Positions 16,006 through 24,529 of a stretch of 46,756 nucleotides of DNA are shown in pieces. The position numbers and the translations under genes are program-made. The notes under the pieces are model-generated. The model did no database searches. It had not been told where the DNA came from and saw nothing but the letters and a program-made list of their open reading frames with translations. Location: IMG/VR virus record IMGVR_UViG_3300045988_161382; one strand, 5' to 3'. Source of the DNA: a virus. Positions within the stretch are counted from its first letter, which is position 1. Every line of letters starts with the position of its first letter.

Positions 16006-17063
16006 TGATGGAGTTCATCTACACGGATCCTAACGGAATTGAGCAAGGGCCTTTATTAAATTGCAGCCTAGACTTGGAAATTGGAACATATGACAAAGCC
16101 AAAAATGACTTTGAAATAACTGTTTCAACGGACAGCTGGGACCGCAAATTGACATATGACAGCAGATTCTATTGTGTCGGTACCGAATTTGGTGGGATAG
16201 TAAAAAGTATCGAAATAGATACTGAGGCTGAAGAAGTAAAAATAGGTGGTATATGCCCAAGAAAATTGCTAGCAAATGATATTATTCAGCCTAAAAAAAG
16301 AACTGATGAATACTATGAATTCATAGGTGAAGCAAACGAATGCATTCGAGAATATATCAATTCATCAACTGATTTTTTCAATTATATTGAAAATAAATCT
16401 AAATCAGTAAGTTTAAAAAAGAAACTGGCTGATTTTTTTGTTGTTTCACAAGAAGATAGTGGAATAACCATTAATTATCAGGCACGTTATTACAACACAC
16501 TACAAGCATTTGAAACAATGCTAAATGATGCAAATGCCAAACTTAAACTTATTTGGAATAAAGATGGACAGATTGAACTTTCAGTTGAGCCTATTATCAA
16601 TTATTCCGAAAAACTCCAATTCGACAATGATTACAATCTGCAGATTATCGCTAAAAAAGATATAAATCAATGTAATCATTGTATCGGGTTAGGCAAAGGC
16701 GATTTGCAAGAAAGGCAGGTTGTTCATGTCTTTAAAATCAATGATCAATATTTAGAATTGAGTGAAATTGATGACAGTTCTTTGATTCCGATTGAACTGA
16801 ATACAATGACGTATGACTATTCAAATGTTGAAAGCGTTCAAGAACTGATAGATGGAACCAAAACAAAATTAAAAGAAGCACAGACTGATAACTCTTTAGA
16901 AATTACATTTGATAATTTATCTCCTGAAATTGGAGACATTGTAGGAGCAAAAGAATACATAACAGGTATTTCTATGCAAAAACCTATTGTTCAAAAGATA
17001 GTCAAATGTACGTTTGAAAAAGACTACACAGACTGTGACATTGATTACAAGGTAGGTGATTAG
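16002..17063 (+). CDS. tail-associated / baseplate protein (Sipho_Gp37-like)
   Basis: 353 aa with ATGA overlap to Dit. The N-terminus FIYTDPNGIEQGPLLNCSLDLEIG... is typical of that family. Confidence 0.6.
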   Translation: MMMEFIYTDPNGIEQGPLLNCSLDLEIGTYDKAKNDFEITVSTDSWDRKLTYDSRFYCVGTEFGGIVKSIEIDTEAEEVKIGGICPRKLLANDIIQPKKRTDEYYEFIGEANECIREYINSSTDFFNYIENKSKSVSLKKKLADFFVVSQEDSGITINYQARYYNTLQAFETMLNDANAKLKLIWNKDGQIELSVEPIINYSEKLQFDNDYNLQIIAKKDINQCNHCIGLGKGDLQERQVVHVFKINDQYLELSEIDDSSLIPIELNTMTYDYSNVESVQELIDGTKTKLKEAQTDNSLEITFDNLSPEIGDIVGAKEYITGISMQKPIVQKIVKCTFEKDYTDCDIDYKVGD

Positions 17064-17576
17064 ATGGCAAGTTCAAGTGATGCAGTTGAGGCAATTACAT
17101 TGACAGGAAAAGAAGTATCTGCAAGTATCGATGCATATTTGTTTGATGCTCTATATTCAGTTGATGGTATTTTTACAAAAGGCAATCAAATGGAAGCTTC
17201 TATTGTCAGCAATAACAAAATAAGGATTGCTGATGGATTGCTTATCAACCAAGGACATTTTCTTAGAATCAAACCAGGAATGTATTGCGATGTGCCAATT
17301 GAAAATGGTACTCAAAACATGAAACGTTGCGATTGTATCGTTGCTCAATTTAAAATTGATGAAAGCGGAGAATCACACGATATTGTTGTCATCCAAGGTA
17401 CACCTGGAGAACAAGAAACAGTTCCGTCATTAACAAAAGATGATCTTGAAAACGGTGGTGCTTTACGTCAAATTGAATTGTTCAGAGTTCATTTGAATGG
17501 AATCAATATTTCAGGTGTCGATAGAATTGCTAGGACAGTCAATTCATTTAGTGATGCAATCTTTTACAAGGGTTAA
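17064..17576 (+). CDS. baseplate / tail hypothetical protein
   Basis: 170-aa ORF starting 1 nt after the previous stop. Confidence 0.55.
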   Translation: MASSSDAVEAITLTGKEVSASIDAYLFDALYSVDGIFTKGNQMEASIVSNNKIRIADGLLINQGHFLRIKPGMYCDVPIENGTQNMKRCDCIVAQFKIDESGESHDIVVIQGTPGEQETVPSLTKDDLENGGALRQIELFRVHLNGINISGVDRIARTVNSFSDAIFYKG

Positions 17577-17579
17577 CAT

Positions 17580-18158
17580 ATGAGAATTATTGAAATCTAT
17601 CTGAATGAAAATCAATCACATTCATGTACTAGAAATATCTTCTATGCTGGAAGAAAGTATGATAGCAACAATACAGCTGTCAAATTCACCAACAAAAATC
17701 TATTCATTGATGGCTGGAACTTCTACTTGAAAGTAGATATAGACGATGAAGTAACTGAAATACCATTACTTCAAAATCTATTTATCATTGGAGAAAATCT
17801 TACTCAAACAGCAGGGGTCTTAACTTGTACATTGATTGGTAGAAACAGTAATGATAATTCTACTAAGACATTTGAACCGTTTAGATTGAAAATCGAAGAT
17901 GTCGAATATGATCAGGATGATAAGGAACAACAACCAATGGATCCAAACATGAAGTTGCTGTATGAACAATTAATTAATTTAAAACAAGAATTACAACAAA
18001 AAGAACTTGCGACTCTTCCTGCAGGTGGTAATAAAGACCAAGTATTGCAAAAAGCAAGTAATATCGATTATGACTTTGCATGGAAAGATATGCAGGGAAC
18101 AGCCACTGAAATGTCTGATGATGAATTAGACAATATGTGGAAAGAAGTATTTGAATAA
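17580..18158 (+). CDS. tail fibre-associated protein
   Basis: 192 aa. Contains the PAGGNKDQVLQKASNIDYDFAWKD motif common in Firmicutes phage fibre proteins. C-terminus is ELDNMWKEVFE. Confidence 0.6.
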   Translation: MRIIEIYLNENQSHSCTRNIFYAGRKYDSNNTAVKFTNKNLFIDGWNFYLKVDIDDEVTEIPLLQNLFIIGENLTQTAGVLTCTLIGRNSNDNSTKTFEPFRLKIEDVEYDQDDKEQQPMDPNMKLLYEQLINLKQELQQKELATLPAGGNKDQVLQKASNIDYDFAWKDMQGTATEMSDDELDNMWKEVFE

Positions 18159-18184
18159 AAAATAAATAGAAAGAGAGATATATT

Positions 18185-19162
18185 ATGAGTTTTGTAACTG
18201 ATTCAATTTTAAAAACAGCCCTAGGAAAAATTAAAGCATGGGGCGAAGGAAAATTTGTAGCGCAAGAATCTGGAAAAGGTTTATCTACAAATGATTATAC
18301 AACAGCAGAAAAAACTAAATTGAGTGGTATTGCTGAAGGTGCCAATAAATATGTGCATCCATCATATACAGCTCAAAAATCAGGTTTATATAAAGTAACT
18401 GTAGATGCTACAGGTCACGTTAGTGGTGCTACTGCTGCTGCCAAAGCTGACATTACTGCATTAGGTATCCCAGCACAAGATACAACTTATTCTAACATGA
18501 CAGCTGCTACTGCAAGTGCTGCAGGTAAAGCTGGTTTAGTTCCTGCTCCAGCTGCAGGAAAACAAGCATCATTCTTACGTGGTGATGGTACATGGGTAGT
18601 ACCTGAAAACACTACTTATGCAGATGCAACAACATCTACACATGGTTTAATGAGTGCAGCCGATAAAACAAAATTAAACGGTGTTGCTACTGGTGCACAA
18701 GTAAACAAAATTGAAAGTGTAAAAGTAAATGGTACAGCTTTAACTCCTGATTCATCGAAAGCTGTAAATGTAGATTTATCTGCTTATGCTAAATCAGCTG
18801 ATGTAACAAAAGAAATTGCTTCAGCAGTTTCAGGGGTAACTCAAATTGATTATTCAGTCGTTGAACAATTACCTTCAACAGGTAAAAAAGGTGTTATCTA
18901 TTTAGTTGCCAGCAGTGGTTCAGGTAACAACATCTATGATGAATACATCTATATTAATTCTAAATTTGAAAAATTAGGTTCAAGAGAAATGGATCTAAGT
19001 TCTTATGCTAAAAAGACTGATATTCCAACAAAAGTATCATCATTAACAAATGATTCAGGATATCAAACTGCAGCACAAGTAACTTCAGCTATCAATACTA
19101 AATTAGTAGTAATGGCTGATGCTGAATTAAATGCAATGTGGACTGAAGTATTTGGAGCATAA
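18185..19162 (+). CDS. tail fibre / receptor-binding protein
   Basis: 325 aa. Repeated fibre motifs GLSTNDYTTAEKTKLSGIAEGAN and HGLMSAADKTKLNGVATGAQ, plus FLRGDGTWV. Ala/Thr-rich and visibly more GC-rich than its neighbours. Confidence 0.75.
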   Translation: MSFVTDSILKTALGKIKAWGEGKFVAQESGKGLSTNDYTTAEKTKLSGIAEGANKYVHPSYTAQKSGLYKVTVDATGHVSGATAAAKADITALGIPAQDTTYSNMTAATASAAGKAGLVPAPAAGKQASFLRGDGTWVVPENTTYADATTSTHGLMSAADKTKLNGVATGAQVNKIESVKVNGTALTPDSSKAVNVDLSAYAKSADVTKEIASAVSGVTQIDYSVVEQLPSTGKKGVIYLVASSGSGNNIYDEYIYINSKFEKLGSREMDLSSYAKKTDIPTKVSSLTNDSGYQTAAQVTSAINTKLVVMADAELNAMWTEVFGA

Positions 19163-19182
19163 TCAACTAGGAGGTCTTATAT

Positions 19183-19428
19183 ATGAAAGATTTCTTTAAG
19201 AAAGTTTTGTTTTCAAACGTAAGTGAACATGCATCTTCAACAACTGTTTCAGCTAATAGCACTAAGTTTCTAACAAGTGATATTTTAAAAACTTTCATGA
19301 CAAAGTTAAAAGATACATTTGCTTTGAAATCCCAATTAACCTCATTGCAAAAGCAAGTTGGACAGCTTGAAAAGACAGTCAGTGAATTAGAAACTGATTT
19401 AAAAGATGCAGTATATTACAAAGAGTAG
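19183..19428 (+). CDS. hypothetical coiled-coil protein (fibre accessory?)
   Basis: 81-aa ORF with RBS AGGAGGT. Confidence 0.55.
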   Translation: MKDFFKKVLFSNVSEHASSTTVSANSTKFLTSDILKTFMTKLKDTFALKSQLTSLQKQVGQLEKTVSELETDLKDAVYYKE

Positions 19429-19448
19429 ATTGATATCTGCTCTTTTTT
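19422..19448 (+). terminator. rho-independent terminator
   Basis: Stem AGAGTAG / CTGCTCT (one G-U pair), then TTTTTT. Confidence 0.6.
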
Positions 19449-19490
19449 GGTTATTAAAAATATAAATAAAGATTGGTGGTGACAATAACT

Positions 19491-19865
19491 ATGCCAAAAC
19501 TTATTGATAAAGATGGAAATGAATTGCTTAATTTACAAATGTCCGCTGACGAACATTGGATTGGAAAGTACTGGATTGATGGCAAGAAAATCTATGAAAA
19601 AATTATTACATGGACTGGTTTAAATGTTGGTGTAAGTACAATCAATCATTCAATCAGTAATTTAAACGAGTTTATTGATTATGAAGTCACATGTTCCAAT
19701 GGAGAAGATTTCTATAGATTTCCTGTTGTTTATTATTCTGGTGGTAATACAGGAACATTTTATGTGACGTATTTCATTTTGAATGTAGATAACATTCGTT
19801 TTGCTAACAATTACAGCTGGTCAAATTATAAATTTAAAGCAATTATTCGTTATACAAAAAAATAA
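19491..19865 (+). CDS. hypothetical protein (tail/fibre-region accessory)
   Basis: ATG 19491 lies 8 nt after GGTGGTGA. The ORF-track start at 19473 is a TTG inside the RBS. Confidence 0.55.
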   Translation: MPKLIDKDGNELLNLQMSADEHWIGKYWIDGKKIYEKIITWTGLNVGVSTINHSISNLNEFIDYEVTCSNGEDFYRFPVVYYSGGNTGTFYVTYFILNVDNIRFANNYSWSNYKFKAIIRYTKK

Positions 19866-19880
19866 AACTATCTGGAAAGG

Positions 19881-20114
19881 GTGATTGAATTGAAAGTTAA
19901 AAAATATGATTTTAATCAGTGGGTAAAAGCTGCCGGTATTAGAGCGGTCAAAACGGTAGCTCAAACTGCTGTAGCATTAATTGGAACATCTACTGTCATG
20001 AATGAAGTCAATTGGGCAATGATCATCAGTGCTAGTTGTCTATCTGGTGTTGTTTCTATTCTAACAAGCGTTGCAGGACTTCCAGAGTTGGAAGAAATTG
20101 TAGATGAAAGTTAG
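19881..20114 (+). CDS. holin
   Basis: 77 aa. WVKAAGIRAVKTVAQTAVALIGTS...WAMIISASCLSGVVSILTSVAGLP gives two TM helices upstream of the endolysin. Start could be GTG 19881 or TTG 19890. Confidence 0.65.
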   Translation: MIELKVKKYDFNQWVKAAGIRAVKTVAQTAVALIGTSTVMNEVNWAMIISASCLSGVVSILTSVAGLPELEEIVDES

Positions 20115-20126
20115 GAGTGAAATCAT

Positions 20127-20372
20127 ATGACAGAAGCAGTTACAGTTGCTTTGATTTCTGGTCTATGTGTAGCTGTGCCTAGTGTAATCACTACAATGTT
20201 TTCAAACAATAAAGCTAATACATTAATGAATTATCGTATTGATGAGCTGACAAAAAAAGTTGAAAAGCACAATAACGTAGTTGAACGTATGGCGCTTCAA
20301 GAGCGTGAAACTAAAGCAATATGGAAAAGAATTGATGAAATCAAAGAGGAATTAGAGAAAGAGAGTGAATAG
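20127..20372 (+). CDS. lysis-cassette membrane protein (N-terminal TM plus coiled coil; holin-like accessory)
   Basis: 81 aa. VTVALISGLCVAVPSVITTMF followed by YRIDELTKKVEKHNNVVERM... Confidence 0.55.
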   Translation: MTEAVTVALISGLCVAVPSVITTMFSNNKANTLMNYRIDELTKKVEKHNNVVERMALQERETKAIWKRIDEIKEELEKESE

Positions 20373-20385
20373 CTCTCTTTTTATT
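20358..20385 (+). terminator. hairpin plus T-run (attenuator or terminator before the endolysin)
   Basis: Stem AGAGAG / CTCTCT with a 7-nt loop, then TTTTTATTT. Confidence 0.45.
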
Positions 20386-20407
20386 TAAAAAAAGGAGGAA
20401 ATAGCAT

Positions 20408-21388
20408 ATGAGTTATGTTATGAAAGAACATTTAGCGAATAAAGCTAATTATGGTTCAAAAAGAGATTTATCAAAAATTAAATATTTAGTCATTCATTAT
20501 ACAAGTAATGATGGAGATAGTGATGAAGCAAATGGAAAATATTTTGCTAGAGAAATTGTCAAAGCATCTGCTCATTACTTTGTTGATGATGATTCAGTTA
20601 CACATTCAGTTCCAGATGATTACGTAGCTTATAGTGTTGGTGGTAAGTGTCAATCGGCTCATCATCCAATGTATCAAATCATCACTAACAGTAATTCATT
20701 GTCGATTGAAATGTGTGATTCCAATAAAAATGGTGTTGTTGAAATTACCGATAAGACATTAGAAAATGTATATGCATTAGCACGTGCGTTGATGAAAAAA
20801 TATAACATTGATATTGATCATGTTTATCGTCATTATGATGTAAATGGTAAATTATGTCCTAATTGTAATGGTTTACTAAATGATAACGTATGGCAAACAT
20901 TTAAGAACAATATTGTTAACTCTACAACTGGGGCATTAGGTACAGGCACTGTAGTTCCAGCTGCTGCTAAAAATGATAACTTAGATAGTTTGATTGCAAG
21001 AGGTCAACAACATTCAATCAATTTTACAGGTCATTCAATTGCAACTGATGGTGCATATGGTCCTAAGACTCGAGCAAATATTGCTAGATGCTTCCAACAT
21101 GCTATTAATTTGGATTATGGCAAAAACTTAAAAGTTGATGGTGCTTTTGGTAAAAATAGTAAAGCTGCTTTAGGTAAACACTATGTAAAACGTAAAGAAA
21201 CTCAATACATGGTTACAGCAGTAGAAATTGCATTAATGTGTAGAGGATATGATCCTGATGGTGTTGAATGTCCAGGTAAATTTGGTAGTGGATTAGAAGC
21301 AGCAGTAAAACAATTCCAATCAGATAGAGGATTGAAAGTTGATGGAATCGCAGGAAGAAACACTATTTTGAAATTAATGGGTGTTTAG
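20408..21388 (+). CDS. endolysin: N-acetylmuramoyl-L-alanine amidase (Amidase_2/PGRP) with PG_binding_1 repeats
   Basis: IKYLVIHYTSNDGD...ASAHYFVDDD...SLSIEMCDS...HVYRHYDVNGKLCPN is the amidase part. The C-terminus carries DGAYGPKT, LKVDGAFGKNS and GLKVDGIAGRNT peptidoglycan-binding repeats. Confidence 0.9.
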   Translation: MSYVMKEHLANKANYGSKRDLSKIKYLVIHYTSNDGDSDEANGKYFAREIVKASAHYFVDDDSVTHSVPDDYVAYSVGGKCQSAHHPMYQIITNSNSLSIEMCDSNKNGVVEITDKTLENVYALARALMKKYNIDIDHVYRHYDVNGKLCPNCNGLLNDNVWQTFKNNIVNSTTGALGTGTVVPAAAKNDNLDSLIARGQQHSINFTGHSIATDGAYGPKTRANIARCFQHAINLDYGKNLKVDGAFGKNSKAALGKHYVKRKETQYMVTAVEIALMCRGYDPDGVECPGKFGSGLEAAVKQFQSDRGLKVDGIAGRNTILKLMGV

Positions 21389-21389
21389 A

Positions 21390-21578
21390 ATGAAAAAATT
21401 AAAGATTATTATCATTATATTGCTTTTATTGATTATTTGTTTACGTGCTAAAAATACTCAATATCATTTTCAAATCATAGAAAAAGATAATCAAATCGAG
21501 AAATTAAAACAAGAAAATTTGAAATATCAATATCAAATCGAAAAGTTGAATGAGCAATGGGGAGTTTACAGCAAATAA
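21390..21578 (+). CDS. small membrane protein (TM plus coiled coil)
   Basis: ATG 21390 lies 2 nt after the endolysin stop. MKKLKIIIIILLLLIICL... followed by a QIEKLKQENLKYQYQIEKL coil. Confidence 0.5.
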   Translation: MKKLKIIIIILLLLIICLRAKNTQYHFQIIEKDNQIEKLKQENLKYQYQIEKLNEQWGVYSK

Positions 21579-21680
21579 TTAAGTAGTATAATCAAATGTG
21601 TAAAATTTAATTGTATTATAGCTATTCTATACTTTAGTTAAATAATTCGACGTCAAGAAACAATTGAATATTTTACATTA

Positions 21681-21714
21681 AAAAAAGCCTACTCAATCAA
21701 GAGTAGGTTTTTTA
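21681..21714. terminator. bidirectional rho-independent terminator between the lysis and immunity blocks
   Basis: AAAAAAG CCTACTC aatcaa GAGTAGG TTTTTTATTT: an A-run and a T-run flank a 7-bp stem. Confidence 0.8.
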
Positions 21715-21715
21715 T

Positions 21716-21952
21716 TTATTCAGCATTATTATCAAAGTAAATTTCTTGATTTTGATAATAGTAATCAACTAATTGGTCTACACAATAGTCGAAATCTTCT
21801 TTATTTTGATGTCTAATTTCATTTTCTAAATTATCAATGTATCTATGAACTTCATTATCATAGTCGCCTTCCATAGGAAGTTGTTCCAAATAATATCTAT
21901 ATTCATTTTTTTCTTCATACGCTTTTTCTAAATCAAAAATACTTTTTACCAA
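21716..21952 (-). CDS. small highly acidic, Tyr-rich hypothetical protein (last gene of the repressor operon)
   Basis: 78-aa ORF with RBS GGAGGA, co-oriented with ImmA and the repressor. Confidence 0.6.
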   Translation of the reverse strand: MVKSIFDLEKAYEEKNEYRYYLEQLPMEGDYDNEVHRYIDNLENEIRHQNKEDFDYCVDQLVDYYYQNQEIYFDNNAE

Positions 21953-21976
21953 TGTTTAATCCTCCAATCGTTATTT

Positions 21977-22411
21977 CTACACTAATTTCTCACTCAACGA
22001 ATACCACACTTTAAGCGGTATTCCTTTTTCTTTTACAATAAATTCAATATTTTCAATATCTTTTATATTATGTAGTTCTTCGAACATCAGTAATCTAATA
22101 GCAAATTCATTTGCTTCTCTTTCTAAACGAGTTTTATAGACTCGCCTTAGAAAATTAAAACTGATGTCCTTATCAAAATGCAGAACGTAGTGTCCTAACT
22201 CGTGTGCTATTAAAAAAATTTCATATGCACAATCTAAATCACTTCTTACAAATATGTATCCTTTAGAATCAACAATCATCAGTCTTGAATCTAAAGTTTT
22301 TGCTTTGAAATTTTGATATTGGATAGATACATCCAAGTGATCAGCAATTTCTTTTACATTTGATGTTTTAAATTCATAAAATAGAGCTTCTATTTTACTG
22401 TTTATATTCAT
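21977..22411 (-). CDS. ImmA/IrrE-family metallopeptidase
   Basis: HEXXH in FLIAHELGHYVLHFD. Lies directly downstream of the XRE repressor, as in ImmR/ImmA pairs. ATG 22411 is preferred over the GTG at 22423, which lies inside the RBS. Confidence 0.8.
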   Translation of the reverse strand: MNINSKIEALFYEFKTSNVKEIADHLDVSIQYQNFKAKTLDSRLMIVDSKGYIFVRSDLDCAYEIFLIAHELGHYVLHFDKDISFNFLRRVYKTRLEREANEFAIRLLMFEELHNIKDIENIEFIVKEKGIPLKVWYSLSEKLV

Positions 22412-22437
22412 CCATAAGCACACTCCCTTAATTAATA

Positions 22438-22839
22438 TTATTTGTGCTTTCTAGATATAATCTTCAACATATCAGCAATATCATCTGCCATTTCCATGAT
22501 TTCATCATCAGACATATTTTCTAAATCATACCCACCAAAATCGGCTACCATTTCTTGTTTTAAAATGAAGCTTAAGGCTTCTTGTGGAGTAGAGAAAGAC
22601 ATTTGAGAATCATCTGATTTATATTTGGCATCACTTCTACCTAATAAGTAATCAATAGTTACATTAAATATATCTGCAATCCTTTCTAAAGTTTCATAAT
22701 CAGGTTGTCTATCGCCACGTTCCCACTTACTTATTGATCCATTAGATACTTCTAGCAAATTAGCAAGTTCAGTCTGATTTAATTTTTTTTGCTCTCGCAA
22801 TTTTTTTAGCCTCATTGCAAAGCTTATTTTGTTTGTCAT
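22438..22839 (-). CDS. XRE-family CI-like repressor
   Basis: LKKLREQKKLNQTELANLLEVSNGSISKWERGDRQPDYETLERIADIFNVTIDYLLG is a canonical HTH_3 domain. It is divergent from the early promoter. Confidence 0.85.
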   Translation of the reverse strand: MTNKISFAMRLKKLREQKKLNQTELANLLEVSNGSISKWERGDRQPDYETLERIADIFNVTIDYLLGRSDAKYKSDDSQMSFSTPQEALSFILKQEMVADFGGYDLENMSDDEIMEMADDIADMLKIISRKHK

Positions 22840-22855
22840 TTTATTGCCTCCTATA

Positions 22856-22995
22856 TAGACAAATTGTCTAATCTATAATTAAAGTATAATATATTTGGAC
22901 AAATTGGTTAATATATTTGGACAAATTGGGCAAAAATAATTGACAAATGGACAAACTGTAGATATAATGAAATTGTAGTTGGACGATATGTCCAA
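22856..22995. promoter_or_regulatory. operator array (GGACAAA-type sites) in the immunity switch
   Basis: Palindrome TAGACAAATTGTCTA at 22856-22870. 21-bp direct repeats TAATATATTTGGACAAATTGG at 22887-22907 and 22909-22929. TGGACAAAC lies inside the early promoter spacer. Palindrome TTGGACgatatGTCCAA at 22979-22995. Confidence 0.65.
22940..22968 (+). promoter_or_regulatory. early rightward promoter (perfect consensus TTGACA-17-TATAAT)
   Basis: TTGACA at 22940-22945, a 17-nt spacer, TATAAT at 22963-22968. Confidence 0.8.
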
Positions 22996-22997
22996 TA

Positions 22998-23240
22998 TTG
23001 GAGGTGATTACTATTGCAGTTGTCAATTATAGAAGGTACTACGGTTATACACAGCAAGATTTCGCAAATCTTATAGGAAAAGATAGAAAAACGTACTGTT
23101 TAAAAGAGAAAGGTCGTATTAATTTTTCCCCTCAAGAAATGTTGTTGATTAGAGATGAATTAAGAAAATTTGATAAATCATTAACTATAGATCAAATTTT
23201 TTTTACTTCAAAAATGGACAAAATGTCCAATTCAAATTAA
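22998..23240 (+). CDS. Cro-like XRE HTH regulator
   Basis: YGYTQQDFANLIGKDRKTYCLKEKGRINFSPQE is an HTH_3 domain. The start is uncertain: GGAGGTGA at 23000-23007 lies inside the annotated ORF, so a downstream non-ATG start is possible. Confidence 0.65.
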   Translation: MEVITIAVVNYRRYYGYTQQDFANLIGKDRKTYCLKEKGRINFSPQEMLLIRDELRKFDKSLTIDQIFFTSKMDKMSNSN

Positions 23241-23361
23241 AACCGTTGTACGTTCTGTCTTAAAGCACAAACATATTTTAACTGATATTTAATGAAGTTT
23301 CCTAAAAAGACACTTTATTAAATACAAGAATTTGGGGTTTTTAGAAAGGAGAAAAAAAACT

Positions 23362-23598
23362 ATGGATGAAACAAGAGAACAATATCTAGAAAGAATTATT
23401 AATGGTTCAACAGCTTACATCAATGTCAAAGAAAGAAGAGAAGAAAAAACAACAGAACAAATCATTAATGATTACGTTGGTGTTCTAAATCAAATTTTAG
23501 AAATTCTAAACATGGAAACTTTAGAAGATGAAGAACTTCATTATGTAAAACATTCATTAAGAAAAAGGTTTGAAGGTTCTATCTTACTTGGAATTTAG
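23362..23598 (+). CDS. hypothetical protein
   Basis: ATG 23362 after AAAGGAG. 78 aa. Confidence 0.5.
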   Translation: MDETREQYLERIINGSTAYINVKERREEKTTEQIINDYVGVLNQILEILNMETLEDEELHYVKHSLRKRFEGSILLGI

Positions 23599-23614
23599 GA
23601 AAGGAGAGGTAATC

Positions 23615-23809
23615 ATGGCAAGAGAACTATATGGTCCATTGTTTTCAGTAAAGAAAGCAGCATCCTATTTAGGAATTGGAATTAACAGAACGTATGCCTT
23701 GGTTAAAAGTAATAAGCTAAGACATATTCCAGATAAGAACGGTTCTTTGATTGCTAAAAGTGTTCTTGATGATTATATCGAAGAACAGTACAAAAAAGCT
23801 CTTAGTTAA
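23615..23809 (+). CDS. excisionase-type (MerR-like) HTH DNA-binding protein
   Basis: ATG 23615 after AAAGGAGAGG. FSVKKAASYLGIGINRTYALVKSNKLRHI is a typical Xis/HTH_17 pattern. Confidence 0.6.
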   Translation: MARELYGPLFSVKKAASYLGIGINRTYALVKSNKLRHIPDKNGSLIAKSVLDDYIEEQYKKALS

Positions 23810-23953
23810 AACAATTAAATAAATTACTGATCATCCAGGAGCCAATCTCAACTCCTGAACAAATAAAAAAGTCATATAAATCATAAAGATGGTCCTAATA
23901 TTGTGAAATTAATCATTTTAAATAACACGAGGTTGGTTCCTTGGTGGTCAGTA

Positions 23954-24367
23954 ATGGAAAGGAAAAGAAAATTTATGAGTAAAAATTCATTAATTATCAT
24001 CTGCTGTATTTTGTTTGTTGTCATTGCAGTTTTAGTACACATGTTAAAGGAATTCAAATGGTATCAAAAATCCTACTATGAATTGGCAAATAAGATTGCC
24101 AAAGATAGAAGAGATAGAAAAATGCTGGTTCGTGCGGATAGAGAAATGATCAAGAATGAAATAGATAAAAAATTTCTAGCAATTCTTAGAATTTCTCAAA
24201 GAGAAGATTATCCAAGAAATCGTTTTGAATTGGGCTATGAATCAGGAAGATTTGAAGTAGAAGTCAAAAACTTATTTCTATCAGGTGGACTTACAACACA
24301 TGAGGAAAAGTTCCTTAAAAAATGTGAATACATTGCAATGTTTGAAGTGAACGAAAAGGAGGTGTGA
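23954..24367 (+). CDS. membrane-anchored hypothetical protein
   Basis: ATG 23954 after GGTGG. TM helix LIIICCILFVVIAVLVHML followed by a charged domain. Confidence 0.5.
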   Translation: MERKRKFMSKNSLIIICCILFVVIAVLVHMLKEFKWYQKSYYELANKIAKDRRDRKMLVRADREMIKNEIDKKFLAILRISQREDYPRNRFELGYESGRFEVEVKNLFLSGGLTTHEEKFLKKCEYIAMFEVNEKEV

Positions 24368-24370
24368 TTT

Positions 24371-24460
24371 ATGAAACTATCAGCAAGAGGTTTGGCCACG
24401 ATTATTGTTATCGGTTGTTTTATCGCTAACTGTTTAGCAATCTTGGTCAGGAGTATATAA
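24371..24460 (+). CDS. 29-aa hydrophobic peptide
   Basis: Strong RBS AAGGAGGTG upstream. MKLSARGLATIIVIGCFIANCLAILVRSI. Below the ORF-track cutoff. Confidence 0.45.
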   Translation: MKLSARGLATIIVIGCFIANCLAILVRSI

Positions 24461-24529
24461 AAAAGGTGCCTATATCTAGGCACACAACATAGCAATTAAA
24501 TTCTAAGTCATTAAAGGAGAAAATGCAAT

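Noticed and set aside
24235-24495. 86-aa minus-strand ORF, with the hairpin GTGCCTA-tatc-TAGGCAC (24465-24486) as its possible terminator
   Set aside because: The ORF overlaps two well-supported + strand genes and lacks an RBS. The hairpin has its T-run on the minus strand, but no credible minus-strand gene or promoter lies downstream of it. It is left as an unexplained hairpin.
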